A stretch of 64,000 nt of DNA from Phycisphaeraceae bacterium. GTDB lineage: Bacteria; Planctomycetota; Phycisphaerae; Phycisphaerales; Zrk34. This document shows positions 27,341-37,437 of this stretch, piece after piece (positions within the stretch are counted from its first letter, which is position 1; every line of letters begins with the position of its first letter). The translations under genes were made by a program, and so were the position numbers. The notes beneath the pieces were generated by a model that searched no databases, had not been told where the DNA came from, and saw only the letters and a program-made list of their open reading frames with translations. Location: the NCBI GenBank assembly GCA_040905565.1, contig JBBDRF010000021.1, positions 64,001 through 128,000 of the forward strand, read 5' to 3'.

Positions 27341-27670
27341 GACAAAGGTAAGGAAACAGCGGTAGGTTATACCGTGATGTTTCAAACCTGCTGTCGCGAT
27401 CAGCCTCGACGTCGAGGCCCGCGAACAAGTCAGCACGACGATGTGTTTCCGTCGGTGGCGTCGATCAGCAGTGTGTTCGTTTAAGGTGTTCGTCTAAGCG
27501 AGTTGGTAAGCAGGAAAAGCCGTTTTTGGTCAAGATTCATCCATCCCGTCAGTCCAGTTCGGTTCTCGGACGAAGCTCGTCGGAAAACCGTCTGCGTTTT
27601 GACCCCAACGGAACTTGCCTGTCATCGTCATCATTCTTTTTTTCCATCGTTCCTTGAAGGAGCCACTGCT

Positions 27671-28612
27671 ATGAAACGTCGTCTTGGATTCACACTCATC
27701 GAATTGCTGGTGGTCGTTGCGATCATCGCGCTGCTGATCGGCATTCTGTTGCCGTCGCTGCAGCGTGCTCGCGAAGCCGCCAACCGGACCGTGTGTGGTG
27801 CAAACCTCCGCGGTATTCACCAGTCCATGTCCATCTACGCCATCGGCAACCGTGACAAGTTTCCGCGTTACGCCGGCTCAGGCGCCAGCGGCGAAGCGAC
27901 AGGCTTCGACACCAGCGCCAACGGCCGCTCGGTTGACCTGAGCGACTCCCCCCCGGATCCCATCGAGTTCGAGGACAACATGACCGCAGCCCTGTGGCTG
28001 ATGATCCGCGACGGTTCGTCGCAGACCGGCAGCTTCATCTGCAACTCGCAGCGTAATGGCGAAGTTGACCCGATCACCATGCTCGACGGCTCGAACAACT
28101 ACGATCTCGATCAGCCGCTCGCCGTGCGTGACACGTACGACTTCGCGCTGCCCCGTAGCCTCAGCTACTCCAGCATCAACATGTACGATGCCGTCACCGG
28201 CAACAACTGGGACGCTCGCGTCGAGCCCGAGTGGATCCTGATGTCCGACGACAACAACGCCACCGGCCAAGGCCCTGGCACCGGCACCGGTACCCCGCAT
28301 ACCCACGAGGAAAACAGCGGCGCGACTCGCGACGAGATTCAGCGTGAAGAGAACTCGCAGAATCACGCTGAGGGTGCGGGCCAGAACTTCCTGTTCGGCG
28401 ACGGTCACGTTGAGTACACCAACGATCCGTTCGTCGGCCCCGAAGACTTCAACACCGAGGAACGCGACAACGTGTTCGCCAACGACGGCTCCGCGCCGAC
28501 GCTCTCCAACGGCGACAGCGACCAGGAAACGTCCTACCGCAACGTCGTGCTCATCCCCGTCACCGGCGTCACCGAGAGCCTCTCGGGCGGCACCGGCACC
28601 GGCACGCCGTAA
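27671..28612 (+). CDS. Prepilin-type N-terminal cleavage/methylation protein with H-X9-DG-like C-terminal motif
   Basis: [61 protein letters not shown]. Confidence 0.92.
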   Translation: MKRRLGFTLIELLVVVAIIALLIGILLPSLQRAREAANRTVCGANLRGIHQSMSIYAIGNRDKFPRYAGSGASGEATGFDTSANGRSVDLSDSPPDPIEFEDNMTAALWLMIRDGSSQTGSFICNSQRNGEVDPITMLDGSNNYDLDQPLAVRDTYDFALPRSLSYSSINMYDAVTGNNWDARVEPEWILMSDDNNATGQGPGTGTGTPHTHEENSGATRDEIQREENSQNHAEGAGQNFLFGDGHVEYTNDPFVGPEDFNTEERDNVFANDGSAPTLSNGDSDQETSYRNVVLIPVTGVTESLSGGTGTGTP

Positions 28613-28641
28613 TGATTGTGTTGATCTAGCTTGATTTTTAA

Positions 28642-28676
28642 GAACCGGTCGCCGAGAGGCGGCCGGTTCCTTTTTT
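28642..28676 (+). terminator. Rho-independent terminator after the pilin gene
   Basis: Stem GAACCGGTCGCC / GGCGGCCGGTTC (one G-U pair) with GAGA loop, followed by CTTTTTT. Confidence 0.9.
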
Positions 28677-28695
28677 GGCTTGTACAATATCTGCC

Positions 28696-30138
28696 ATGAG
28701 ATGGATCATCAGCATCAAGTCGCTTCCGTTGGCCTTCGCGCTGTCCCTGCTCACATTCCTCAGTTCCGCCGGAACCCCGGCTCTCAGTGCGCAGACGACA
28801 GCCGACCAAAGCACCCGCAAAACGGCCAAAGAGACGGCAGGGGCAGTGGGTGAGGTGCAGCGGAACCTTCGCCGGACGCATGTCGTCGAGGTGTTCGAGG
28901 CCAATCGTGACGCAGTCGTGAACGTCAATACCACCACAATCGTTCGTCAACGTTTCGGTATGTCTGAGAACGACCCGTTCTTCCGACGGTTTTTCGGCAG
29001 TCAGCCCTTCGAGCGCGACGTCAGGCGCACCAGCCTCGGCAGCGGCTTCATTATCCACGAGGCCGGGTATGTCGTGACCAACGCCCACGTCGTCGACGGG
29101 GCCGACCAGATTGACGTGACCCTTTCCGACGGCCGCGAGCTTCGTGCCCGTGTGCTTGCTTCCGATCCACGCAACGATCTGGCGGTCCTGCGCGTCGAGG
29201 GAGACGATGGCCAGCCTGTCTCACTGCAACGGGCGGAGCTCGGCGATTCGTCGGACCTGATGATCGGCGAGCCCGTCGTCGCCATCGGCAACCCCCTCGG
29301 CTATGAACACTCGGTCACAAGCGGCATCGTGAGTGCACTCAACCGTACGCTGCCTGTCACGCGGGAGTGGAAGCTTGATGGCCTGCTGCAAACCGACGCC
29401 TCGATCAACCCCGGCAACTCCGGTGGACCGCTGCTTAACGCCTACGGGCAGGTCATCGGCATCAACACCGCAATACGGGGCGACGCTCAGAACATCGGAT
29501 TCTCGATCCCCGTGAACCGCCTGAGGGAGTTGATCCCCGAACTGCTGAGCCCGCTGATTCACAACCAGGTCGACCTCGGCGGACGGGTTGTAGAGGACCG
29601 TGCGATTCAGCCGCCCGCAGAACTAGATGTGAAACTCTGGTGGTCAGCGGGCGGCGAGCAGCCACTGGAACTGACGCATATCAACGGCGAGCCGGTGCGT
29701 GATATCGTTGACGCCTATGTCACGCTGATGCGTGTCGCGGAAGTCGGCGAGCCCGTCACGCTTGAGGGCGACGGTGTGATTCGGCAGGTGTTTGCCGACC
29801 GGCCGAAGCTCGACAACGCGCAGCGCGTCGTGCAGTCGGCGATGGGCGTGCGGGCGCGGAAACTGCAACCGGCGGACCGGCAGCGGATGAACCTCGAGGG
29901 CGTGTCGGGCGTGAAGGTGACCGACATCGAACGCGGTGGTCCCGCGCAGCGCGGCGGCCTGCGTGTAGACGACGTGATCGTCCAAGTCGGCCGTCACCGC
30001 GTGGCCAGCATTGAGGACCTGGCCCTGCTGCTTTCGCAGGTGGCCGAGGGCACACAGGCGGATATCTACATCGTCCGCGAGGGGCGTCTGGGCATGACCC
30101 GCATCACGCTGCGTCGACCAGACTACGGCTCGACGTAA
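28696..30138 (+). CDS. HtrA/DegP-like trypsin serine protease with PDZ domain(s)
   Basis: Signal peptide; GSGFII, TNAHV, DLAVL, AIGNPLG, QTDASINPGNSGGPL; C-terminal PDZ GGPAQRGGLRVDDVI. Confidence 0.93.
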   Translation: MRWIISIKSLPLAFALSLLTFLSSAGTPALSAQTTADQSTRKTAKETAGAVGEVQRNLRRTHVVEVFEANRDAVVNVNTTTIVRQRFGMSENDPFFRRFFGSQPFERDVRRTSLGSGFIIHEAGYVVTNAHVVDGADQIDVTLSDGRELRARVLASDPRNDLAVLRVEGDDGQPVSLQRAELGDSSDLMIGEPVVAIGNPLGYEHSVTSGIVSALNRTLPVTREWKLDGLLQTDASINPGNSGGPLLNAYGQVIGINTAIRGDAQNIGFSIPVNRLRELIPELLSPLIHNQVDLGGRVVEDRAIQPPAELDVKLWWSAGGEQPLELTHINGEPVRDIVDAYVTLMRVAEVGEPVTLEGDGVIRQVFADRPKLDNAQRVVQSAMGVRARKLQPADRQRMNLEGVSGVKVTDIERGGPAQRGGLRVDDVIVQVGRHRVASIEDLALLLSQVAEGTQADIYIVREGRLGMTRITLRRPDYGST

Positions 30139-30172
30139 GCGCGGCGAAGGGCCGTCGCCGTCGCCCGCTGAC

Positions 30173-31195
30173 TCAGGCGGCGGACATCTCCAAGGTCCTC
30201 GCAACGTGTCCCATCATGTCCACGAGGCGCGACGAGAAGCCCCATTCGTTGTCGTACCAACCAAGCGTTTTCACGAGTCCACCACCGACCACGTAAGTAT
30301 CTTCGGGGCTGAGCGTGCAGCTGAACGGCGTGCCGACGATGTCGCTGGAAACCAGCGGCGCTTCGGCCACGGTGAGCACGCCCTTCATGCGGTTGCCGGC
30401 TACTTCGCGGAACGCGTCGTTGATCTGCTCGGCACTGACCTCTTGCTCAAGTTCCGCCGTCAGGTCGACGATCGACCCGGCAAGCACAGGCACGCGGAGT
30501 GCCATTCCATCGATGCGGCCTTCAAGCTCGGGGATGATCAGGCTGATGGCCTTCGCGGCACCGGTTGAGGTGGGAATGATGTTCGCCGCTGCGGCGCGGG
30601 CACGGCGGAGATCCTTATGCGGGCCATCGACAAGACTCTGGTCCGCGGTGTACGCATGCACGGTCGTCATCAGCGCCCGGCGAATCCCGAAGCGGTCCTG
30701 AAGCACGCGTGCCATCGGCGCGAGGGCGTTGGTCGTGCAACTACCGATCGAAAAGATGCGATGCTGCTGGGGGTCGAACATTTCTTCGTTGACGCCGATG
30801 ACAAAATTGCCGTCGAGTTGATTCTTACCCGGTGCGGAGATGAGCACCCGTTCGGCGCCAGCCTCAAGATGAGCCGCTGCCTGCTCACGCTTACGAAAGA
30901 TCCCGGTCGATTCCAGCACGCACTGAGCATGGCGATCGGCCCAGGGCAGGTCAGCGGGATCCTTTTCCGCGGAGACGGTGACTTCGTGGTCGTCGATGAT
31001 GAGGCGATCGCCGGCCGCGCGGATTTCGCGGTCCCACGTGCCGTAGGTCGAATCGTACTTGAGCAGGTGGGCGAGCACCTTCGGCTCAACCAGGTCATTG
31101 ATATGAACGACCTGAACGCCGGGATGATTCCAGGCGATGCGGAAGGCCTGCCGGCCGATACGGCCGAACCCATTGATGCCGATGTTGAGCGTCAT
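30173..31195 (-). CDS. gap: Type I glyceraldehyde-3-phosphate dehydrogenase
   Basis: INGFGRIGR, LKYDS, ESTG, SCTTN, TTVHAYT, RRARAAA.NIIPTSTGAAK, RVP, WYDNEWG. Confidence 0.95.
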   Translation of the reverse strand: MTLNIGINGFGRIGRQAFRIAWNHPGVQVVHINDLVEPKVLAHLLKYDSTYGTWDREIRAAGDRLIIDDHEVTVSAEKDPADLPWADRHAQCVLESTGIFRKREQAAAHLEAGAERVLISAPGKNQLDGNFVIGVNEEMFDPQQHRIFSIGSCTTNALAPMARVLQDRFGIRRALMTTVHAYTADQSLVDGPHKDLRRARAAAANIIPTSTGAAKAISLIIPELEGRIDGMALRVPVLAGSIVDLTAELEQEVSAEQINDAFREVAGNRMKGVLTVAEAPLVSSDIVGTPFSCTLSPEDTYVVGGGLVKTLGWYDNEWGFSSRLVDMMGHVARTLEMSAA

Positions 31196-31401
31196 GCCGA
31201 ATTCTCCTCGTGGTGCGGAACTGCGTGAGCACTATTCAGGCATTGTGCACCGGCAGCAGGGAAGCTTCGATCAGACGGGCACGGTGCCGTGCCGCGGGGG
31301 TTGCCCCCCGAGAGCCATGCGGATAATGCTCAAGCTCCGGCAGGCGAGCGCCAGCGGGACCAGCATGATGTTGAGATATAGTGGTCGATCAGTTCCTCAA
31401 T

Positions 31402-34224
31402 TCATTCGATCACCAGCCACGTCCAGCCTTGTGCGGGGATGGTGACTTGAACTTCAACATGGTGTTGCCGATCGAGCTTGTAGGCTGTCGGTTCGCCTTC
31501 CTGTTCGCGGATATGCGCTGTGTCCGTAAGGCCGGTGTAATACAACGGCAAACGCAGGGTCCGCGTGACCTGCTTATCCAGCGGGTTCCACACCATCGCC
31601 AGTCCCTTCTGGTCGAGATGCGGATTCACGTTCAACATGCAGTCGATGTCGCGGCCGTCGGCCCGGCGGACGTGAACGATGTCGGAGTCAAGAATGTCGC
31701 GATACTTCTTGTAAAAATCAACCCAGCTTCTAACGACCTCACGCGTCTCCGGCGTGTCGTAAAGTCGGGGGCCGCGGAAGCACGCCTGCACACCTGTGCC
31801 GAATAGATTCGCCATGTGCGCCTGGTAGAAATCGAGGTTTTCGCTGAGCGGCTCGATCGTCGCCGCTGCCCCGCCGCCGTGGTACTGCGTGAGCGGCACG
31901 AACATCCATCCCATGCTCGAGGTTTTCGTCCACGTGCCGTCGTAGATGTTCTGCCGGGCGTGAATGATCTGCTGCTCGCGTGGGAGCGACCAGTTGGTTT
32001 CACGGTAGCCCATGCCGACTTTGTTCGAGCCGACGAGGAAATAGTAATCGGGAACGTTCAGATAGATGCCGTTCGCCCGGGACCATTTGTAGAAGTCGCT
32101 GATCATCTTCCACTGTTCCCATTGCGAATCGCCGAGCCCGCGATGGCCGGGATGTCCGCAGGAGGCGCAGACGTCGCCGGGGTACGAGCCGTCGTGTTCG
32201 AGCAGGTTAAAACCGGTAACTTCGAAGAACTGATAAAGCTTGCGGAAGTAATCCTGACCCCAGGCGCTGCCGAGGCAGGGGGAGTTGCCGAAGATCGCCC
32301 CGCCACGCTCGCCGGTTTCGGGATTAATCACGTCGTGCTCCGGACTGATCGCCCGGCTGGCCAGCAGTGAGTACCCGCCCAATTCCACGCCGCGCTCCTT
32401 GGCGTAGTCGACGAGTTCTTTGATCTGTTGCAGGTAAGCTTCGCTTTCGTTTTCGATGTTGAAGCCGCTGCCGAAGGTCATGATGACCATCTCGAATCCG
32501 ACCTCAGCGCTCTGATCAATCGCAAGGCGCACGGCCTCGGGATCTGCACTGCGGACGTGCATCAGGATGGGGTTCTCCGTCACCCACGGCGCCACCGTTC
32601 GGTACATCTGGCGCACCGCCAGGCCGTTGCGTTCACGCTCGGTCGAATCGTGCACCAGGGTGAAAGTGCGGAACGTCTCGAACGTTTCGCCCGGCTGGAT
32701 GTAGACATCGGGCCCGATCGGCGGCTTCACCTCCAGCATGTTCGGCGTCCGGCGATGGTAGTTAACCTGCGTGTCGTATTGCGGGTCGGGCACCCAGTTC
32801 ACTGTGCGGTTCGCCGTCCGCGCGTCCATCCCCTGGAACGCAAAATCTGACTCGACGTGCAAATTCGGATATTCCCACCGGTCGCGAATGTCGACGACCG
32901 ACTCGTACTCCACAACCGCGAGGAGGTCGCTGGTGAAAGTCTCCAGATGAATCTCCTGCTCGCCGGCGTTCTCGATCGTCATCCATTTGGCGATGAGCGG
33001 AATGCCGTCGTACATCTCATAGTGGATGGAAACGGTAAGGTCCTCGAGGAAGTCCAACCCGTTCGCCTGAATCGCTCGGGCTTCGTCGGTGAGGTCACTG
33101 AACGCGCGGAAGTTGCCCACCACGCTGCGCCCGAGATCACCGGGTATGGCGTAATCTGCCGCGCCGCCGTGCTCGCCCGTTTTACCCAGCCGCACCGCCA
33201 CGGGATCGGCAACAGGCTGATCAAGCTTGATCGCGTGCACGAGGTTCCAACCGTCGCCGTCGCGTGATGCTTCACAAGCAATGGTGTTTCCAGTGAGCCG
33301 CAACCGCAGATGACGGTCGACATCGGTGTCGACCGCCTCCAGCAGATGCTCTTGCTGCCCGTCGAACACGCCGAATCGTTGCTGATCCGACCGGATGTAG
33401 AACTTCACTACCCGGTCAGGCCAGACCACCGTGATGCCGGGCCCCCAACTGTTGCCGCGGTCCGTGCCGGTGTTCACGGTGCACTGAATAATCCGCACGC
33501 CCGCAGGCAGCTTACGCTCAGCGAAGACCGCGGTGTTCGCTGCGGCGACGATAGCGCCGGGCTTGCCTTCGAGGGAGAACGTCGTCTCGCCATGTGACGA
33601 GCGATGCACATCCCAGGCATCGCTCAACTGCTCAAAGTCGTCGCCCACCAGCAACTCGCGGCCGAGTTCACTGCGATTAGTCTGAGCCGCGGCGAGGCGC
33701 TCGGCGAGCTCCGGCGTCGCTTTAAAATGCAGCGTCAATGCGACGCCCGGCGGTGGCCAGGGCAGATCGGCCGAATGCCGCACACGCTTCCAGGGGAACC
33801 GCTCCTTGGTCTCGCCGACTTCATAACTGTCAAAACGCAACGCCGTCGGGTCGGCCTGCAGGTCGTCCACCCAGTCGGGCCGCAGGTAGGCGTAGTTAGG
33901 TTGACCGACGAGCCCGCCCACCGCCGCATCGATGCCGCGGATGCGGAGCGTGGCCTCTGGCTTCACGCCGCGCAAGATGGATTCGCCGGTCATCAGGTTG
34001 TCCAGCGCCACCGTCGCCGCATTCGGCGCCACACGCCAAACTCGTCGGACAAGACCGTTGCTCATCACGATCTCATCGCCAGCCTCATCGACCTCGACAC
34101 CAGCCGTATAAGGCGACGGATCAAGCAACCAATCACGCTGTTCCGCCAGACTATGGCTCGGCGTCACTACCAGCCACGACAACAAGATCAGGAACAAATT
34201 GTGCCATGGCAGAGTCGACTTCAT
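31402..34224 (-). CDS. Secreted alpha-galactosidase-like (clan GH-D/GH36-related) glycoside hydrolase with an inserted beta-sandwich domain
   Basis: Signal peptide; FGSGFNIE, GGYSLLASR, EHDGSYPGD, MGYRETNWSLPR, YHGGG..ATIEPL blocks recalled from proteins annotated as alpha-galactosidase. Exact family unverified. Confidence 0.6.
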   Translation of the reverse strand: MKSTLPWHNLFLILLSWLVVTPSHSLAEQRDWLLDPSPYTAGVEVDEAGDEIVMSNGLVRRVWRVAPNAATVALDNLMTGESILRGVKPEATLRIRGIDAAVGGLVGQPNYAYLRPDWVDDLQADPTALRFDSYEVGETKERFPWKRVRHSADLPWPPPGVALTLHFKATPELAERLAAAQTNRSELGRELLVGDDFEQLSDAWDVHRSSHGETTFSLEGKPGAIVAAANTAVFAERKLPAGVRIIQCTVNTGTDRGNSWGPGITVVWPDRVVKFYIRSDQQRFGVFDGQQEHLLEAVDTDVDRHLRLRLTGNTIACEASRDGDGWNLVHAIKLDQPVADPVAVRLGKTGEHGGAADYAIPGDLGRSVVGNFRAFSDLTDEARAIQANGLDFLEDLTVSIHYEMYDGIPLIAKWMTIENAGEQEIHLETFTSDLLAVVEYESVVDIRDRWEYPNLHVESDFAFQGMDARTANRTVNWVPDPQYDTQVNYHRRTPNMLEVKPPIGPDVYIQPGETFETFRTFTLVHDSTERERNGLAVRQMYRTVAPWVTENPILMHVRSADPEAVRLAIDQSAEVGFEMVIMTFGSGFNIENESEAYLQQIKELVDYAKERGVELGGYSLLASRAISPEHDVINPETGERGGAIFGNSPCLGSAWGQDYFRKLYQFFEVTGFNLLEHDGSYPGDVCASCGHPGHRGLGDSQWEQWKMISDFYKWSRANGIYLNVPDYYFLVGSNKVGMGYRETNWSLPREQQIIHARQNIYDGTWTKTSSMGWMFVPLTQYHGGGAAATIEPLSENLDFYQAHMANLFGTGVQACFRGPRLYDTPETREVVRSWVDFYKKYRDILDSDIVHVRRADGRDIDCMLNVNPHLDQKGLAMVWNPLDKQVTRTLRLPLYYTGLTDTAHIREQEGEPTAYKLDRQHHVEVQVTIPAQGWTWLVIE

Positions 34225-34501
34225 CACAGCAGCCCATCCTTTTAGAGTCGTCGATACACGAAGCCCCAGCACTCCCCGCAGCAGCCCCCATAGTACCGAT
34301 GGTCATCTTTTTTGTCTTCGCCACTGTCGAGCACGACAGAGTGGATCGCAGTGATCAAAAGAGGGCCAACCGGCTGAATCGTGGCCCGGACATTCCTAAA
34401 TACTGCGGGAATTGTTTAGACTGAGCCAGCAGTTGTGGTATGTATGGTTGATGGGCTCGGTCGTTCGTAGATCAGTCCTCCACGCGACGCAAGAATGAGG
34501 T

Positions 34502-36274
34502 GTGCGCATGTCTGGTTTTCTAGTCCGTCTGCTGCTGTGTGGTGTTGCCATCGTTTTGATGGCGGGCGGGAACGCTCAAGCGTCTGATCGCCCGAACGTG
34601 GTGCTGATCATGACCGACGATCAGGGCTATGGGGATTTCGGTGCAAACGGCAACGCGGCGATGCAGACGCCCAGGCTGGATCGCCTAGCGGAACAGAGCG
34701 CTTCAATGACCGATTTTTACGTCAGCCCGGTCTGCTCACCCACCCGCGCCAGTCTGATGACCGGACGCTACAACTACCGCACGCGTGTCGTCGATACCTG
34801 GATCGGCCGGTCCATGATGGATCCTGATGAGGTCACCATCGCTGAACTGCTTGCTGACGCTGGCTACCAGACGGGGATCTTCGGCAAGTGGCACCTCGGC
34901 GACAACTATCCGATGAGGCCGATGGACCAGGGCTTCGCCGAATCGCTGATCCACCGCGGTGGGGGCCTCGCACAGCCCTCCGAGCCACGCGGCAATCGCA
35001 GAGGTTACACCGACCCGATCCTCCTCCACAACGGCCGCAAGGTCGCCACCCACGGTTACTGCAGCGATGTCTACACGGACCACGCCCTGCAGTTCATTGA
35101 GCAGGCGCACGCGAACGACGAACCCTTTTTCGTCTACCTCCCCTATAACGCGCCGCACGGTCCATTCCACGATGTGCCGGAAGCTCTGTACCAGCAGTAC
35201 CGGGAGGAGGCGGAAGCGCTTGCCGAGTTGATCGTGCCGAATCTTGAAGGTGAACAGTTGGAGCGGCAGGTCGATCGCCTCGCGCGCATCGGGGCGATGA
35301 TCACCAACGTCGACGCGAATGTCGGCCGCGTGGTCGATCAACTCGAGAAGATGGGCGTCGCTGAGGACACGCTCGTGATCTATCTCAACGATAACGGCCC
35401 GAATTCGCGGCGGTTCGTCGGCCCCTTCCGTGGCATGAAAAGCGAAGTCTACGAAGGAGGCATCCGCTCGCCGTTCTGGCTCCGCTGGCCCCGACGCCTG
35501 AGCCCGGAGATGAGTAGCCAGATCCCCGCCGCCCACATCGACGTGATGCCGACGATTCTTGCGGCCTGTGGTGTCACGGTCCCGGCGGATCTCCAACTCG
35601 ACGGCCGCAACCTTCTGCCGCTGCTTGAAGGTGAAGCTGTCGACTGGGAGGACCGGCCTGTTGCGATTCAGAGCCACCGGGGGAACGTCCCGCAACGGTA
35701 CCACCATTTCATGCTCCGTCAGGGCCGCTGGAAGCTTGTGAACAACAGCGGCTTCGGCCGCGAACAGCTTCCGGGCGAGCCGACGTTCGAACTTTACGAT
35801 GTGGTGGCCGACCCCGGCGAGACGCGCGATCTCGCCGAGCAGGAGCCGCAGATCACGCGTCGGCTCAAGGATGCCTATGACACCTGGTTCGACGACGTCT
35901 CGAGCACCCGCCCCGACAACTTCGCGCCGCCACGCATCGTCATCGGTGACGTTGCGGACAACCCAAGCGTCCTCACGCGACAGGATTGGCGGGGCGACGG
36001 CTGGGGCCGCAATGCGACCGGTCGCTGGCTGGTGCGCGCTGACGAATCGGGCGTGTATGACGTCGTGGTGCTTTTCGACGCCGGCGATGCGGCCGAACGC
36101 GTGACACTGAAGATCGGCGAGGAACGATTTAGTCGGGAGGCACGCCCGGGTGTTGATATGGTCCGCTTCCAACGCGTTGCGATTCCGCAAGGCGAGCTAT
36201 CGATCGAGGTACTCTTGGAGACGGGCGGCACTGAGCGAGGCCCGCATCAGGTGATCCTGCATCGCCGACCTTAG
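34502..36274 (+). CDS. Secreted formylglycine-dependent arylsulfatase (S1)
   Basis: Signal peptide; PNVVLIMTDDQGYGD, CSPTRASLMTG (CxPxR), GKWHLG, APHGP, DNG, K.EVYEGGIR. Confidence 0.95.
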   Translation: MRMSGFLVRLLLCGVAIVLMAGGNAQASDRPNVVLIMTDDQGYGDFGANGNAAMQTPRLDRLAEQSASMTDFYVSPVCSPTRASLMTGRYNYRTRVVDTWIGRSMMDPDEVTIAELLADAGYQTGIFGKWHLGDNYPMRPMDQGFAESLIHRGGGLAQPSEPRGNRRGYTDPILLHNGRKVATHGYCSDVYTDHALQFIEQAHANDEPFFVYLPYNAPHGPFHDVPEALYQQYREEAEALAELIVPNLEGEQLERQVDRLARIGAMITNVDANVGRVVDQLEKMGVAEDTLVIYLNDNGPNSRRFVGPFRGMKSEVYEGGIRSPFWLRWPRRLSPEMSSQIPAAHIDVMPTILAACGVTVPADLQLDGRNLLPLLEGEAVDWEDRPVAIQSHRGNVPQRYHHFMLRQGRWKLVNNSGFGREQLPGEPTFELYDVVADPGETRDLAEQEPQITRRLKDAYDTWFDDVSSTRPDNFAPPRIVIGDVADNPSVLTRQDWRGDGWGRNATGRWLVRADESGVYDVVVLFDAGDAAERVTLKIGEERFSREARPGVDMVRFQRVAIPQGELSIEVLLETGGTERGPHQVILHRRP

Positions 36275-36294
36275 TCACCGAACGCGCACCGCCG

Positions 36295-37410
36295 TTACTC
36301 GAACAGGGTGAGTTGGTTCTTATCTTTCTGTGGCCGCCGGAAGCTCGCGCTGCTCATGGGGCGGAGGGGCCGATTGAGGTTGTATCGCTGCTTGAAGATG
36401 CGGACCGTCTGCGCGATTTGCTCGGCATAGGGGCCGGTGCCCTTCATGCGATCGCCGAACTGGGCGTCGTAGAGTTTGCCGCTGCGTGACTCGCGAAGCA
36501 GTTTCTCGACATGCGAACGCCGATCCGGAAAATGCTCCGTCAGCCAGTCCGTGAACAGGTCCTTGATCTGATAAGGCAGCCGCAGCATGACGTAGGACGC
36601 CGAGGCAGCCCCGGCCTCCGCCGAGGCTTTCAGCAGGGCGGGAATCTCACGATCGTTGAGCGCCGGGACGATCGGGGCAAGCATGGCGATCACCGGAATA
36701 CCCGCTGCTGATAGTTGACGGATTGTCTCCAGTCGATCGGCGGGGCTCGCTGCGCGCGGCTCCATCTTCGCAGCGAGCTTCTTATCCAGCGTCGTCAGAC
36801 TCACCGCCACCCGCACCGCATCATGCTCAGCAAGCGTCTTAAGCAGATCGAGGTCACGCAACACAAGGCGGCTCTTGGTCACGATGCCGACCGGCTGCCG
36901 ACAATCAGCAAACAACTCAAGACAACCGCGCGTAATGCGTAGTTTGCGTTCGACGGGCTGATAGCAATCGGTCACGCCGGACATCGCGATCGTTTCGCCG
37001 TACCAGCGGGGCCGGGCCAACTCCTTACGGAGCAGATCTGGCGCGTCGGGCTTGGCGAAGATCTTGGTTTCAAAGTCGAGCCCCGACGACAGACCGAGGT
37101 ACTCGTGACCGGGGCGGGCGTAGCAGTAGATGCAGCCGTGCTCGCATCCGCGGTAGGGGTTGATGGACCACGCGAAGCCGATGTCGGGGCTGTCGACCGG
37201 GTTCAGGATCGAGCGGGACTGATCGCGGAGGACGAGGGTTTGAATCTGCCGACCGGCGGGGTCGGTGTGCTCATCGCGGAGCAGTTCGTCGAGGTGGTCG
37301 CCGAGGACGTGCAGGCTTTGCGACTCGAAGCGGTTGGTGGGGTTCTGCTGAGCGCCCCGGCCGCGTGCGGTGGTGGGATTGACTGGGCGGCGCGGCTCAG
37401 CCATGACCAT
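36295..37410 (-). CDS. PA0069/Rv2578c-family radical SAM protein (spore photoproduct lyase-like)
   Basis: RGRGA..NP.NRFE, SPDI.F.WSINPYRGCEHGCIYCYARP.H.YL, DFETKI, TDCYQP.E, EPRA. Confidence 0.9.
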   Translation of the reverse strand: MVMAEPRRPVNPTTARGRGAQQNPTNRFESQSLHVLGDHLDELLRDEHTDPAGRQIQTLVLRDQSRSILNPVDSPDIGFAWSINPYRGCEHGCIYCYARPGHEYLGLSSGLDFETKIFAKPDAPDLLRKELARPRWYGETIAMSGVTDCYQPVERKLRITRGCLELFADCRQPVGIVTKSRLVLRDLDLLKTLAEHDAVRVAVSLTTLDKKLAAKMEPRAASPADRLETIRQLSAAGIPVIAMLAPIVPALNDREIPALLKASAEAGAASASYVMLRLPYQIKDLFTDWLTEHFPDRRSHVEKLLRESRSGKLYDAQFGDRMKGTGPYAEQIAQTVRIFKQRYNLNRPLRPMSSASFRRPQKDKNQLTLFE

Positions 37411-37437
37411 GCCTCCCTTCGCGCCGCGCGTGACGTT

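Noticed and set aside
31270..31380. Short hydrophobic minus-strand reading frame between the glycosidase and gap
   Set aside because: Too short, with no clear start, RBS or recognisable homology; cannot be supported as a gene or remnant.
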